Shown: positions 48,339-57,559, numbered from the stretch's first letter. The stretch is DNA of 64,000 bases from Candidatus Poribacteria bacterium (GCA_965215015.1 OZ244042.1:2272001-2336000), one strand, 5' to 3'. Program-made: numbers and translations. The notes: generated from the sequence alone by a model not told the origin.

Positions 48339-49421
48339 TTATCGTTTCTGCTTAATCGCTCCCCATCTTGTTGCTAACTTGTCTTGAGGATCGACCGAAA
48401 AGCCGGCGGGGAAGGGCCAACCGTCAGGGGTATATACCTCTACTTCTCTGCGTGGACCGTTGTGATGTCCCCCAATAGCGTAAATCTTCCCATCCACAAC
48501 GCTTGTCGCTAAGGTGCCCCGGCCAGTTGGCATCTGATCGTTTAGCCTTTGCCACCTATTCTTTTCGACATCATATTCCAATACCGTCCAATGAAGAACC
48601 CAGCCTTGGAACTTGGGGCCATCTTTTTCTCTTCCATCGATAGTCTTCCCACCGATGATATACGTCTTCCCACTGTTGACAAAACTGGCTGCCATGTCGA
48701 AAAATGCAATCGGCATATCGGCTTTCTTGGTCCAAGTATCTGTCTTCGGGTCGTACTCCTCGGTCAGGTCGGTATACTTTTGATGGGTGTTATCCACAGC
48801 ACCGCCAAAGATATAAATCTTACTTTTAACCACCACGGCCGGCATCCCCCATCTCGGATTGGGCATGTCTGCTTTCTTTTCCCACGTATCCGTTACAGGA
48901 TCATAGACCTCGACAACAGGGCTTGGAAAGAAGAAAGATTCCGCGCCGCCAATAGTATAAATTTTTCCACCCACCGCGGCGGTGGCGAATCCCATTCTTG
49001 CCGTTGGCATCGCCGCCTTAGCAGTCCATGTGTCCGTTTTAGGATCATACTCATCAACATTGGGAAGGGCTTCAAAGTTATTCGCTGTGCCACCAAAGGC
49101 GTAAATCTTACCTCTCACCGTGGCGGTGCCGAGCCGAAATCTGCCCTGTGACAATTTCTTCTTATCCACCCAGTCATCCTTTACGGGGTCATATTCTTTC
49201 ACAACTTTGCCCGGATTTTCCAAATCATCTTGGCCTCCAATGGTATAAATCTTTCCATTCAGCACTTCGGTGCCTAACCCCCATAACCCGCCGGAAAGGG
49301 CACCGATTTTCGGCATATCCGCTTTCTCTTCCCACTCTCCCGCAAAGCTGATTGTCGAGAAACCGAACATCCCGCACACTATCCAGCCTGTTAGGAGGTA
49401 ACGTAATCTCTGATATTTCAT
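48339..49421 (-). CDS. Secreted Kelch-repeat beta-propeller 5
   Basis: GGAG RBS before ATG 49421; tail FSVDPQDKLATRWGAIKQKR. Confidence 0.92.
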   Translation of the reverse strand: MKYQRLRYLLTGWIVCGMFGFSTISFAGEWEEKADMPKIGALSGGLWGLGTEVLNGKIYTIGGQDDLENPGKVVKEYDPVKDDWVDKKKLSQGRFRLGTATVRGKIYAFGGTANNFEALPNVDEYDPKTDTWTAKAAMPTARMGFATAAVGGKIYTIGGAESFFFPSPVVEVYDPVTDTWEKKADMPNPRWGMPAVVVKSKIYIFGGAVDNTHQKYTDLTEEYDPKTDTWTKKADMPIAFFDMAASFVNSGKTYIIGGKTIDGREKDGPKFQGWVLHWTVLEYDVEKNRWQRLNDQMPTGRGTLATSVVDGKIYAIGGHHNGPRREVEVYTPDGWPFPAGFSVDPQDKLATRWGAIKQKR

Positions 49422-49451
49422 AATGTACATCTCCATCCGCTTACTGCCTCC

Positions 49452-49523
49452 GTGAATTCTCACACACTTAGTCCCTAGCTTGTCGTAGGGAAAAATAGCA
49501 AATTTCTCAGGGAATGGTCAATC
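49452..49523 (-). pseudogene. Relic 3' end of a sixth, deleted Kelch gene
   Basis: Translates D*PFPEKFAIFPYDKLGTKCVRIH, matching GWPFPEKFSVEPQDKLATIWGEIK. Confidence 0.7.
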
Positions 49524-49612
49524 CACTTCCACTACTAGTGTGGGCGAACAACAACCATCTTCCCAACCCCGGTTACAGTATCCACCCATGTTTTGTCAAA
49601 AAAATCAAAATC

Positions 49613-49641
49613 ATTCTATCAGACATTGTTATTTTTGTCAA
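49613..49641 (-). promoter_or_regulatory. Sigma70 promoter for the Kelch array
   Basis: Minus strand TTGACA-N17-TAGAAT with an extended -10 TG. Confidence 0.65.
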
Positions 49642-49679
49642 GTTAAAATCTCCCCCTAAATAGGGACATTTAATTCTCT

Positions 49680-49930
49680 TGAGGAGGGACTTCCGAATCC
49701 CGACGCTTGGTTCATCGGTTGATTACCCCCTTAACCCCAAATCCCCACACGGTATCAGCCCCCTAAGGACCCTCACCCCCCGCAAGCAGGGGGCAATCGG
49801 CTCAATGCACCTGACTCCCTCCACTTGTGGGGGGTGAGGGGAGGCTTAAGCGTTTTGCCCCTTCCGCTTTCGTCCTTCCCCCTCCGCTTACAAATTCCCC
49901 CCTGCTTGCGGGGGGGTTAGGGGGGAGGAT
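49680..49930. repeat. Cluster of GC-rich palindromic repeats (REP, family C fragments, CCCCCTGCTTGCGGGGGG units)
   Basis: GAGGGACTTCCGAATCCCGAC; CCCCACACGGTATCAG; CCCCCCGCAAGCAGGGGG; CCCCCTGCTTGCGGGGGGTTAGGGGGG. Confidence 0.65.
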
Positions 49931-50036
49931 TCTTTTTCAACTGTTCAAAGGGATTGATTTATAACTTGGTTTATGCTAAACTTAGGTTTGCAATCGAAAA
50001 ATATCCACATCACGAGATAGAGGATGGATCTGATCC

Positions 50037-50663
50037 ATGTTTGAAGCAAAGCTAAGATCAAAAATCAGTGCGATGCTCTCACCCATCGCACGGAAAATTG
50101 TATCGATCGGCATCACTGCGAATATGGTCACGATGTTTGGTTTGCTAGTTAATTTGGTGGCTGCCTGCTGTTTAGCGACAGAACGGTTGATAGCGGCAGG
50201 GGTATTGATTTTATTCGGGGCGAGTTTTGATATGATAGATGGTGCGGTTGCGCGTGCGAGAACGTTGACCAATTCTTCGGGAGCACTGCTGGACTCGGTG
50301 ATTGATCGGTATTCGGAGGCGGTGATATTCCTTGGTGCCCTTATCTATTTTCATCATTTACAGAACTTCTTCGGGGTGGTATTGGTTTTTGCAGCGGTGA
50401 TTGGATCGATACTTGTCAGCTACGTGCGTGCCAAAGCGGAGGGGCTTCAAATTGAGTGTAAGGTCGGACTGATGCAACGACCCGAACGGATTATTTTATT
50501 AGCGTTGGGGGTTATAGGGCAAGGGATAATCCCAGACCAATATACCTTTTTGCAATCAAAGGGAATTATCCTCTTCGGCGTATTTGCAATTCTTGCTGTC
50601 ACCGCACATATCACCGCTATCCATCGACTCGTCTTCTCTTTTTACAAACTGAGTGATCATTGA
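50037..50663 (+). CDS. CDP-alcohol phosphatidyltransferase
   Basis: ANMVT, DMIDGAVAR...GALLDSVIDRYSE, VSYVRAKAE and GLMQRPER motifs (PI/PIP synthase-like subfamily). Confidence 0.92.
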   Translation: MFEAKLRSKISAMLSPIARKIVSIGITANMVTMFGLLVNLVAACCLATERLIAAGVLILFGASFDMIDGAVARARTLTNSSGALLDSVIDRYSEAVIFLGALIYFHHLQNFFGVVLVFAAVIGSILVSYVRAKAEGLQIECKVGLMQRPERIILLALGVIGQGIIPDQYTFLQSKGIILFGVFAILAVTAHITAIHRLVFSFYKLSDH

Positions 50664-50710
50664 GTTGATAGAGATATGATACCTCTATGGGTGTTGCCAC
50701 CCCACACCGA

Positions 50711-51388
50711 TCACATCACCTCCGGCTGTCGCTTGCGGATCAAGTTCGGGAGCAGCGATACCAAAACGATAAAGATACCGGCACCAGCGAGGTAGATTAA
50801 CGTTTTCTTGATATCCCCTTCGCCAAGGTTCACCGCGGCACCCAACTGGACATACGCGGCGGTGCCGGGCAGCATACAGACCCATGAAACGAAAAAGTAA
50901 GTTGAAAACCTTATCTTCGTGAGTCCATAAGCGTAGTTCTGCAGGTTGAATGGAAAAAGCGGGATGAGCCGGGTAATCATCAGCATCCGCCAGCCCTGCC
51001 GTTGCACCCCCTCATCTATCCGTCGAAACTGCGCGTTACCTTGCACCCATCCCTCTACCATACCACGAGCGACGTAACGCGCAATCAGAAAGGCACACGA
51101 AACGCCAATGACTGCCCCGATGGAGGCGTAGACAACCCCCCAGATGGGACCGAAGGCAAGTCCAGAGAGCATTGTGACCGGCAAACCGGGCAGAAAGAAA
51201 ACGGTCGCAACAATGTAAAAACTGATGTACACCAAAGGGGCAATGACGCCGTAGCTGTCGATTTTCTCTTTGATCTTGGGGATATTGTCGCGCTTGAGAT
51301 AGTCTGTCACGCCGTAATGACTTAATAGGCTATACACACCAACAATAATAATGATAGCAATGGTAATCTTCACAAGGTTCCGCTTCAT
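50711..51388 (-). CDS. TVP38/TMEM64 (DedA superfamily) membrane protein
   Basis: GLAFG, AFLIARY and RLIPLFPFNLQNYAYGLT motifs. Confidence 0.9.
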   Translation of the reverse strand: MKRNLVKITIAIIIIVGVYSLLSHYGVTDYLKRDNIPKIKEKIDSYGVIAPLVYISFYIVATVFFLPGLPVTMLSGLAFGPIWGVVYASIGAVIGVSCAFLIARYVARGMVEGWVQGNAQFRRIDEGVQRQGWRMLMITRLIPLFPFNLQNYAYGLTKIRFSTYFFVSWVCMLPGTAAYVQLGAAVNLGEGDIKKTLIYLAGAGIFIVLVSLLPNLIRKRQPEVM

Positions 51389-51611
51389 AGTGTTTTAATC
51401 TCTTCTTAAGTAGTTGTTTTAGTGGTTGTTAAATCTAACGCACGTTGCTAGATTCTGTTGACATTTGACAGGGGCGTAGGTTGGATTGACCAGGAACTGT
51501 GAAACCCAACATCATACCCAAAATTCCAACGATTCAACACAGCGGGGTTTATTCGTAGGGAACGCAAATCTGTTTTCAGTTTATTCCTTGCGCTAAATAC
51601 GGAGATACAAC

Positions 51612-52739
51612 ATGTCCAAAACCTACAGTGCAGCCGTCATCGGCTCGACCGGCAAGGGAGGCTATGGGCATCGCCTAGATACTGCATTCGATATTGCTGA
51701 CGTCGAACTCGTCGCTATCGCTGACCATGACCCCGAAGGGCTTGCCGATGCCGGCAAACGGTTGGGGGTTTCCCGACTCTACCCCGACTACCGGCAAATG
51801 CTTAAGACCGAAAAACCTGACTTCGTCAGTATCGCGCCGAGCTGGATCACGGAGCGTGTGCCGATGATTGAAGCCGCGACAGCGGCGGGGTGCCACATCT
51901 ATTGTGAAAAACCTGTCGCAGGTAGTCTCACCGAGGTGGATGCAATCGTTGCTGCGTGCCAAAGTGCACGGGTGAAGATGGCGGTTGCCCATCAGTGGCG
52001 TGCAATGCGTCCGATTCAGAAGATAATCACAGAAGTGAAAGCCGGGAAGTTCGGAAAATTACTTCGCATCCGCACCCGTCCGAAAGACGACAGCCGAGGC
52101 GGTGGGGAAGAATTGCTCCTACACGGGACACATCTGTTCGATCTCATGATGGCTTTTGCCGGTGAACCGCGCTGGGTGAGCGGACATGTCACCCTCAGCG
52201 ACCGAGAGGCCACAACGGACGATACAGGACAGGGTACTGCTCCTGTCGGTCCTATCATCGGCGATTCCATCTCGGCGGTGTTCGGCTTTGATAACGGGCT
52301 CCGAGGGTTCTTCGACTCCACCGCTGGTTTGGCTATTCCCGGCGAATCAAATTTTGATAACCTCTACGGGTTGTCTCTTGAATGCGAGCGGGCAGCATTG
52401 GAACTCCGCGAACCGGGCGATGTCTACATCTATCCAGCACCGCGGGTATTGCCTGACCTTCAAGAGCTCGCTTGGGAACGGATTTGGATGCCAGAATGGC
52501 ATGAGCTTCCCGAACATGCACCGCCGCTGCTACGGAAGAACTGGCTGTCTATAGGAAACAAAACCCTTGCTCGGGACCTAATCGATGCCGCCGCGAACGA
52601 CCGCGAACCGCTATCGAGTATCTCGGCAGTCCGCTTCGTAAATGAAATGGTTCAGGGAGTTTACAGCTCACACCTACTCGCCGGTAGTCGAATCACCATT
52701 CCTCTGACTGAACGCGCCCATCCACTCGGTGAATCCTAG
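51612..52739 (+). CDS. Gfo/Idh/MocA family oxidoreductase
   Basis: AAVIGSTGKGGYGH, HIYCEKP and GTHLFD motifs. Confidence 0.9.
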   Translation: MSKTYSAAVIGSTGKGGYGHRLDTAFDIADVELVAIADHDPEGLADAGKRLGVSRLYPDYRQMLKTEKPDFVSIAPSWITERVPMIEAATAAGCHIYCEKPVAGSLTEVDAIVAACQSARVKMAVAHQWRAMRPIQKIITEVKAGKFGKLLRIRTRPKDDSRGGGEELLLHGTHLFDLMMAFAGEPRWVSGHVTLSDREATTDDTGQGTAPVGPIIGDSISAVFGFDNGLRGFFDSTAGLAIPGESNFDNLYGLSLECERAALELREPGDVYIYPAPRVLPDLQELAWERIWMPEWHELPEHAPPLLRKNWLSIGNKTLARDLIDAAANDREPLSSISAVRFVNEMVQGVYSSHLLAGSRITIPLTERAHPLGES

Positions 52740-52759
52740 GTGAATCCTAAAAGAAGAGC

Positions 52760-53857
52760 CTATCCCGCCCCTCTATTTTTAGTGAACCCTTCGGCACAGA
52801 CAATTAGTAGGATCAGTACGCCTTGGATAATCAGAAATAGCTCCCCCGGTACGTTCGTTAAAATCTCGATATCTAGTGCGCCTTTGTTCAATGCTCCGAA
52901 CAGGAGCGCAGCAAACAGGATGCCATAGGGATGGTTCCTCCCAAGCAATGCAACCGCAATACCGGTGAACCCGAAACCAGGGGAAAAGTTGTCGAGAAAA
53001 CGATAGCGATACCCCATCACCTCCCAAACCCCGGCAAAACCCGCAACCGCCCCGCTCAACGCCATCGTCCAGACCGTCACACGGCGCGCATCAATCCCCC
53101 CGTAAGTCGCGACCTCTGCAGCATTACCGACAAACCGAATCTCATATCCCCATTTGGTCCGTGTCAATAAAAACTGGGTCAGTCCAATCAGTCCAAGCGC
53201 AATGAACAGCGTGACGTTTAAGGGGTTACTCGGCAGAAACGCTGAGATGAAAGCCGCTAAACGTGGTAAACGCGCTGCTTCATGAATCAGGGGGGTGTGT
53301 GGCGTCATCTGATCCGGTGCTTTATAGACCCCCGTGACAAGGTAATTCGTCAACGCAATTGCGATGAAGTTCAGCATGATAGTGTTGATGACCTCATGCA
53401 CACCGTAACGCGCTTTGAGTATCCCCGGTATAGTGCCCCACAGGCCCCCTGCGAGGGCTGCGGAAACCAAACAGGCAGGTATGATAACCCAGCCACCGCC
53501 CCATTTCAGGTGAAACCCTACCCATGCCGCGGCGAATCCTGCGAGGTAGAGTTGTCCTTCACAGCCTATATTGAAAAGGCCTCCCTTAAACCCAAGCATA
53601 ACCGCAAGGCCGGTAAAGATCAAGGGAGTTGCGTTAAATAGAACGTAACCAAAATCGTCAAGACTGCCGAACACGCTCTGCCATAAGAGTCCGTAAACTT
53701 CAAATGGCCGCTCACCGAGAAACAGGACGAAAATGCCGCCGAGCAGGAATACAGCACACAGGGCAAGAATAGTGGGTAGCAGGCGAGGCGACGCATCGCC
53801 TGTAAAATGTGAAAGGTGAGACGTTAGACGCGATACGTAATTTGTAAGTTTGCTCAT
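52760..53857 (-). CDS. ABC transporter permease (nucleoside/sugar type)
   Basis: ATPLIFTGLA, FNIGCEGQ, HEVINTIMLNFIA and GFTGIAVALLGRNHP motifs. Confidence 0.9.
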   Translation of the reverse strand: MSKLTNYVSRLTSHLSHFTGDASPRLLPTILALCAVFLLGGIFVLFLGERPFEVYGLLWQSVFGSLDDFGYVLFNATPLIFTGLAVMLGFKGGLFNIGCEGQLYLAGFAAAWVGFHLKWGGGWVIIPACLVSAALAGGLWGTIPGILKARYGVHEVINTIMLNFIAIALTNYLVTGVYKAPDQMTPHTPLIHEAARLPRLAAFISAFLPSNPLNVTLFIALGLIGLTQFLLTRTKWGYEIRFVGNAAEVATYGGIDARRVTVWTMALSGAVAGFAGVWEVMGYRYRFLDNFSPGFGFTGIAVALLGRNHPYGILFAALLFGALNKGALDIEILTNVPGELFLIIQGVLILLIVCAEGFTKNRGAG

Positions 53858-53883
53858 TCTCCGTTCCGCGAGTCTCCAACCTG

Positions 53884-55023
53884 TTACTTTGATAACACCG
53901 CTAACAAGCGTGCCACATCCGCGCTCCCATTGTAGAGATGGGTTGAAATCCGCATCCGACCGAATTCGCCCCAACACAATATACCTAGCTCAGCTAACCG
54001 CACCTGCATAGGGTGTGCACCTTCGACGAGAAAGCAGGTGTTCCCCGATCGTGCCGATCGGGTCCGTGGACTGATAACCGTAAACCCCAATTTTTCCAAT
54101 CCAGCACTCACCAATTCAGACAGCGTGCGCGCGTGGTCGGAGATTCGCGCGATTCCAATCGAGAGCAGAACCTCCAATGCCCGGTCCAGGTGCATTATCA
54201 CCAGCATCGATGGATTACCCGGTTCCAGACGTTCAGGCATCGGCTGCTCCTCGACTTCCGGGGCACGTTCCGCCTCTTGGGGAGGCCATACCACTAGGTT
54301 ATGCCAGCCGAAAGAGGTTGCTGCAATCTGTCCCTCCGCCTGATCGCTCAAGTACATAGGGGCCACGCCATGGGTGGCTAGCAACCACTTGTAGCTGCTG
54401 CTCACCGTCAAATCGGTCAGCTTCGCGGGGACATCAACAACCCCCGCAGCATGGGTCGCATCCACCGCAAAAAGTGTGTTTCTCCATCGGATCCCGTCCG
54501 AGAGCTGTTCTAGGTTCAGACACTGCCCTGTATAAAAACTGACATGGCTCACCGCCAAGACCCGCGTCCGTTCATCCACTGCATCCAGCAAATCTGTCTC
54601 GTGCACAAGCCAGTTCCGATGGGGCACCAGTCGCACGTCTACCCCCCGTGCACGAAGATCTTTCCAAGCGTAGGCGACCGAGGGAAATTCCAAATTGGTC
54701 GTTACTACATTATCACCCTCCCGCCAATCCAGACCGCGGGCCAGCCAACTCATCCCCTCTGCCGCCGATGGCATAAATGCAATCCGATCCGACGGCACAC
54801 GCCACAGTTCTCCCATCCGGCTTCTACAGCGTTCTCCATGTGCATAGATTTCCTCTCGTCCATTGTGGCCCCCGCTCTTTAAACTGGCAAATTCCAGATA
54901 CACCGCTTCTTGTGCCTTCAGCCAAGGTGCCTCGCCCCCTGTACAGAGATGCGTTACGCCTTCTAGTCCCACAAATTGATCGGGAGAGATAAGCGGTTCG
55001 ATATGTATGTCCGAATAATTCAT
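53884..55023 (-). CDS. PLP-dependent aminotransferase class V
   Basis: EFPS, VSHVSFYTG, VDATHAAG, SSYKWLL and MRISTHLYN motifs. Confidence 0.9.
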   Translation of the reverse strand: MNYSDIHIEPLISPDQFVGLEGVTHLCTGGEAPWLKAQEAVYLEFASLKSGGHNGREEIYAHGERCRSRMGELWRVPSDRIAFMPSAAEGMSWLARGLDWREGDNVVTTNLEFPSVAYAWKDLRARGVDVRLVPHRNWLVHETDLLDAVDERTRVLAVSHVSFYTGQCLNLEQLSDGIRWRNTLFAVDATHAAGVVDVPAKLTDLTVSSSYKWLLATHGVAPMYLSDQAEGQIAATSFGWHNLVVWPPQEAERAPEVEEQPMPERLEPGNPSMLVIMHLDRALEVLLSIGIARISDHARTLSELVSAGLEKLGFTVISPRTRSARSGNTCFLVEGAHPMQVRLAELGILCWGEFGRMRISTHLYNGSADVARLLAVLSK

Positions 55024-55244
55024 GTCCACCCCCTTTGCGTTTCGCAGCGTTCTCGGATATGGATATATCAACGTTGGGATTATAGCAATAGTTCACTAGG
55101 AATACAACGCAAAAGTTCAACGGGACGGCCTCCGTTCTTCCGAAATCCAGCACTTTAGCGTTGAGGGAATTTTGGGATTCTGCTAAAATAGCGAGGCCCA
55201 TGCCAAAAGAAAGTGCAAGGCACGAAGTGGGAGGGGCAATCGGG

Positions 55245-55410
55245 TCTCCCCCCGCTTGCGGGGGCTCATACCGTGTAGGTATTCGAGATTAGAGAGGGGA
55301 TGACACGCGAAGCGTGCCGCCTACTTTGGGATTCACTTTGGCTCAACCAAGAATGAACATCGCGCGCCCTTTTCTAGTCTTGGCTTGGAGGGTTTAACTG
55401 CGTAAATCCT
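55245..55410. repeat. Composite repeat ending in a family-A terminus
   Basis: CCCCCCGCTTGCGGGGG, a family C fragment, a REP, then ...TTGGCTTGGAGGGTTTAACTGCGTAAATCCT, shared with 57680-57751. Confidence 0.6.
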
Positions 55411-55506
55411 AACACAATCAAAAAGAGTTGAAAATTCTTACCATCTCTCTGAAAGTCCTAAAACTTCGGGAGGTAAGCCATCTAAAAAGTGAAAGGGATA
55501 CCTGAC

Positions 55507-56430
55507 ATGCAATCCTTCTCTATTGAAAGCGATGCGATATCGCTTCCGCGAGGAGCGTGGGCAAAAGCACATCGGTTGAATGTGAGCTGGCGTGGGAGAC
55601 CCATTGCCGCGCTGAGTCAAGGCGAATATCGTGCCTATCTGTTCCCCGTATATACCCCGGCGGGTTTCGCCGTAACCGCCGAGAGCCCGATAGACCACCC
55701 GCACCACAATTCGCTCTGGATCGGGGCTGATCATTTCCATTGCCACTTGCCCTTTTCGACCAACGCCTATGAGGAAGCCACCTATAACTTCTATGTCAAC
55801 GATACCTTTCAGGGACGGGCACCGGGATACATCATCAGCGTATCGGTGGAAGAGATGGAGGTATCAGAAAACCATCTCCGACTCATACAAACGCTTAACT
55901 GGCAAGGCCCGTCCGAATGGGGGGCACCTCAAGGGCGTATCCTCGCGGTCGAAACCCGCACCATCGATCTCTATCCTGGCGAAACGGCGAACCTAATTGA
56001 CCTCCGCTCGCAGTTGAGCCCCACCGATTGGGATATCAACATTGGACCCACACGCCACGCCTATTTTGGCGTTCGTATGGTCGAATCCCTACGTGCCACG
56101 GCCGGCGCAACCCTTATCGATTCTGCCAATCGCTCCGGCGGCGCAGGGATAAGCGGCGGAGACGCCGATTGGGTAGACTGTTCGGGACAACTTGCTGCGG
56201 ACAGGGCCGCAGGTGTGGCGGTATTTCGATACCCTTCTACGGTTAATGCGTCGTGGTATATCGCTGATTGGGGAACACTGGCGGTGAATCCGTTTGCACG
56301 AGCGGGACGAATGATAAGAAGTGGCGAGGTACTCGACTTGGGGGTGCGGGTCGTTGTTCACGATGGGGACGCACAAACGGCGGGGGTTGAGGGGTTATAT
56401 CAACATTTTATCCAAGAGGTGCGGCACTAA
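55507..56430 (+). CDS. DUF6807 / so-called 'PmoA family' beta-sandwich protein
   Basis: YLFPVYTPAG, P.DHPHHNSLW, FGVR, ADWVDCSG and AVNPF motifs. Confidence 0.75.
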   Translation: MQSFSIESDAISLPRGAWAKAHRLNVSWRGRPIAALSQGEYRAYLFPVYTPAGFAVTAESPIDHPHHNSLWIGADHFHCHLPFSTNAYEEATYNFYVNDTFQGRAPGYIISVSVEEMEVSENHLRLIQTLNWQGPSEWGAPQGRILAVETRTIDLYPGETANLIDLRSQLSPTDWDINIGPTRHAYFGVRMVESLRATAGATLIDSANRSGGAGISGGDADWVDCSGQLAADRAAGVAVFRYPSTVNASWYIADWGTLAVNPFARAGRMIRSGEVLDLGVRVVVHDGDAQTAGVEGLYQHFIQEVRH

Positions 56431-56540
56431 AGTGGCTGAAATGCGAGCGGCGACGCAGCCTGCTTTTTTTGTTGACGCATTGGCATATTTTTGACTACAA
56501 TCTTTGGGTAGTTCTTTTTTATATTCGCAGTTATCATCTT

Positions 56541-56677
56541 AGGGCTTACGCAGTTGAACGCTCAAAGCCAACTCCCCTGCGCCCTTATCAGGAGGGAAAT
56601 TCGACAATTCATCGCCGATGGACATGCCTCTTGCCGCCCGAGGGTCAGGCAACTACAATCTGAAGGACGTAAGTCCT
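56541..56677. mobile_element. Complete MITE family A copy
   Basis: AGGGCTTACGCAGTTGAA...GGACGTAAGTCCT inverted termini. Confidence 0.7.
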
Positions 56678-56744
56678 GCATCTAATTCTTTACATCGAAC
56701 TAACGTTACCTAAATGTTTATCAACCTCTAGGAGGACATTGATT

Positions 56745-57476
56745 ATGGCAGCAAACGGACCTGTACCGAAAACCCGTTCCGAAGGTCGCGGCCCCACAAT
56801 CTGGCTCGCTGGTACTCCCGAAGAGTTGGAGCCATGGATGCCGCTGGGCATTGCCGGAATTGTCACCAATACTGTCGTGCTTAATCAGTACGCTAAACAA
56901 TACGGTTCAGTCATCAACCTGATTGAGAGATATCTTGATATGACCGACAAACCTGTGGTCATGGAAATCGATGGGCACACGGTCGAGGAATTGCTTGCGG
57001 TTGGGAAGGTGTTCACTGACCTGTCGGATCAAATTATCCTGAAAATTCCCTGCACGGTGAACGGGCTCAAAGCCTTTAGCATCCTCAAAGAAGAGGGGGT
57101 CGAGACCTTCTGCACAACGGTTTTCTCCCTAACCCAAGCCGCCGCCGTTGCCCAAGCCGGGGTCGATCACATCCTGCCGTTCTGTGATCCGGTCAAGGCG
57201 GTGGGCGGGGATCCAACCCAACTGATACGTGAATGTGTGCAGATGTTCAGTGGCTGGGAACAGCGCCCCTTTATCATGGCGGCACTCATCCGCTCGGTGG
57301 AGACAGCCCATGCTGCCTTCCGTGATGGTGCCGATGAACTGGTCACCATGTGGACGGTCTACCGCGACATGATGGACCATCCTCTTACTGATCAATGGAA
57401 CCAAACCTTCATGGATGAGTGGGTCGATATGCACGAGAATGGGTTGTTGGAAGGTGTGCCGGTCACACTCGATTGA
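56745..57476 (+). CDS. Divergent transaldolase/fructose-6-phosphate aldolase family protein
   Basis: GIVTN, ILKIPCT (Schiff-base Lys), TTVFSLTQA and HPLTD motifs; AGGAGG RBS. Confidence 0.8.
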   Translation: MAANGPVPKTRSEGRGPTIWLAGTPEELEPWMPLGIAGIVTNTVVLNQYAKQYGSVINLIERYLDMTDKPVVMEIDGHTVEELLAVGKVFTDLSDQIILKIPCTVNGLKAFSILKEEGVETFCTTVFSLTQAAAVAQAGVDHILPFCDPVKAVGGDPTQLIRECVQMFSGWEQRPFIMAALIRSVETAHAAFRDGADELVTMWTVYRDMMDHPLTDQWNQTFMDEWVDMHENGLLEGVPVTLD

Positions 57477-57559
57477 AGCTGAACCTTCAATTCTGTGTGC
57501 ACCCCTTCATTACCATCGGCGATTAGCGAATCTTGCTGGCAAGACCCCTTCAAATACCC

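Noticed and set aside
55507-56430. Particulate methane monooxygenase
   Set aside because: The protein is soluble and beta-rich with no TM helices, and there is no pmoB/pmoC. The 'PmoA' family label is a misnomer here.
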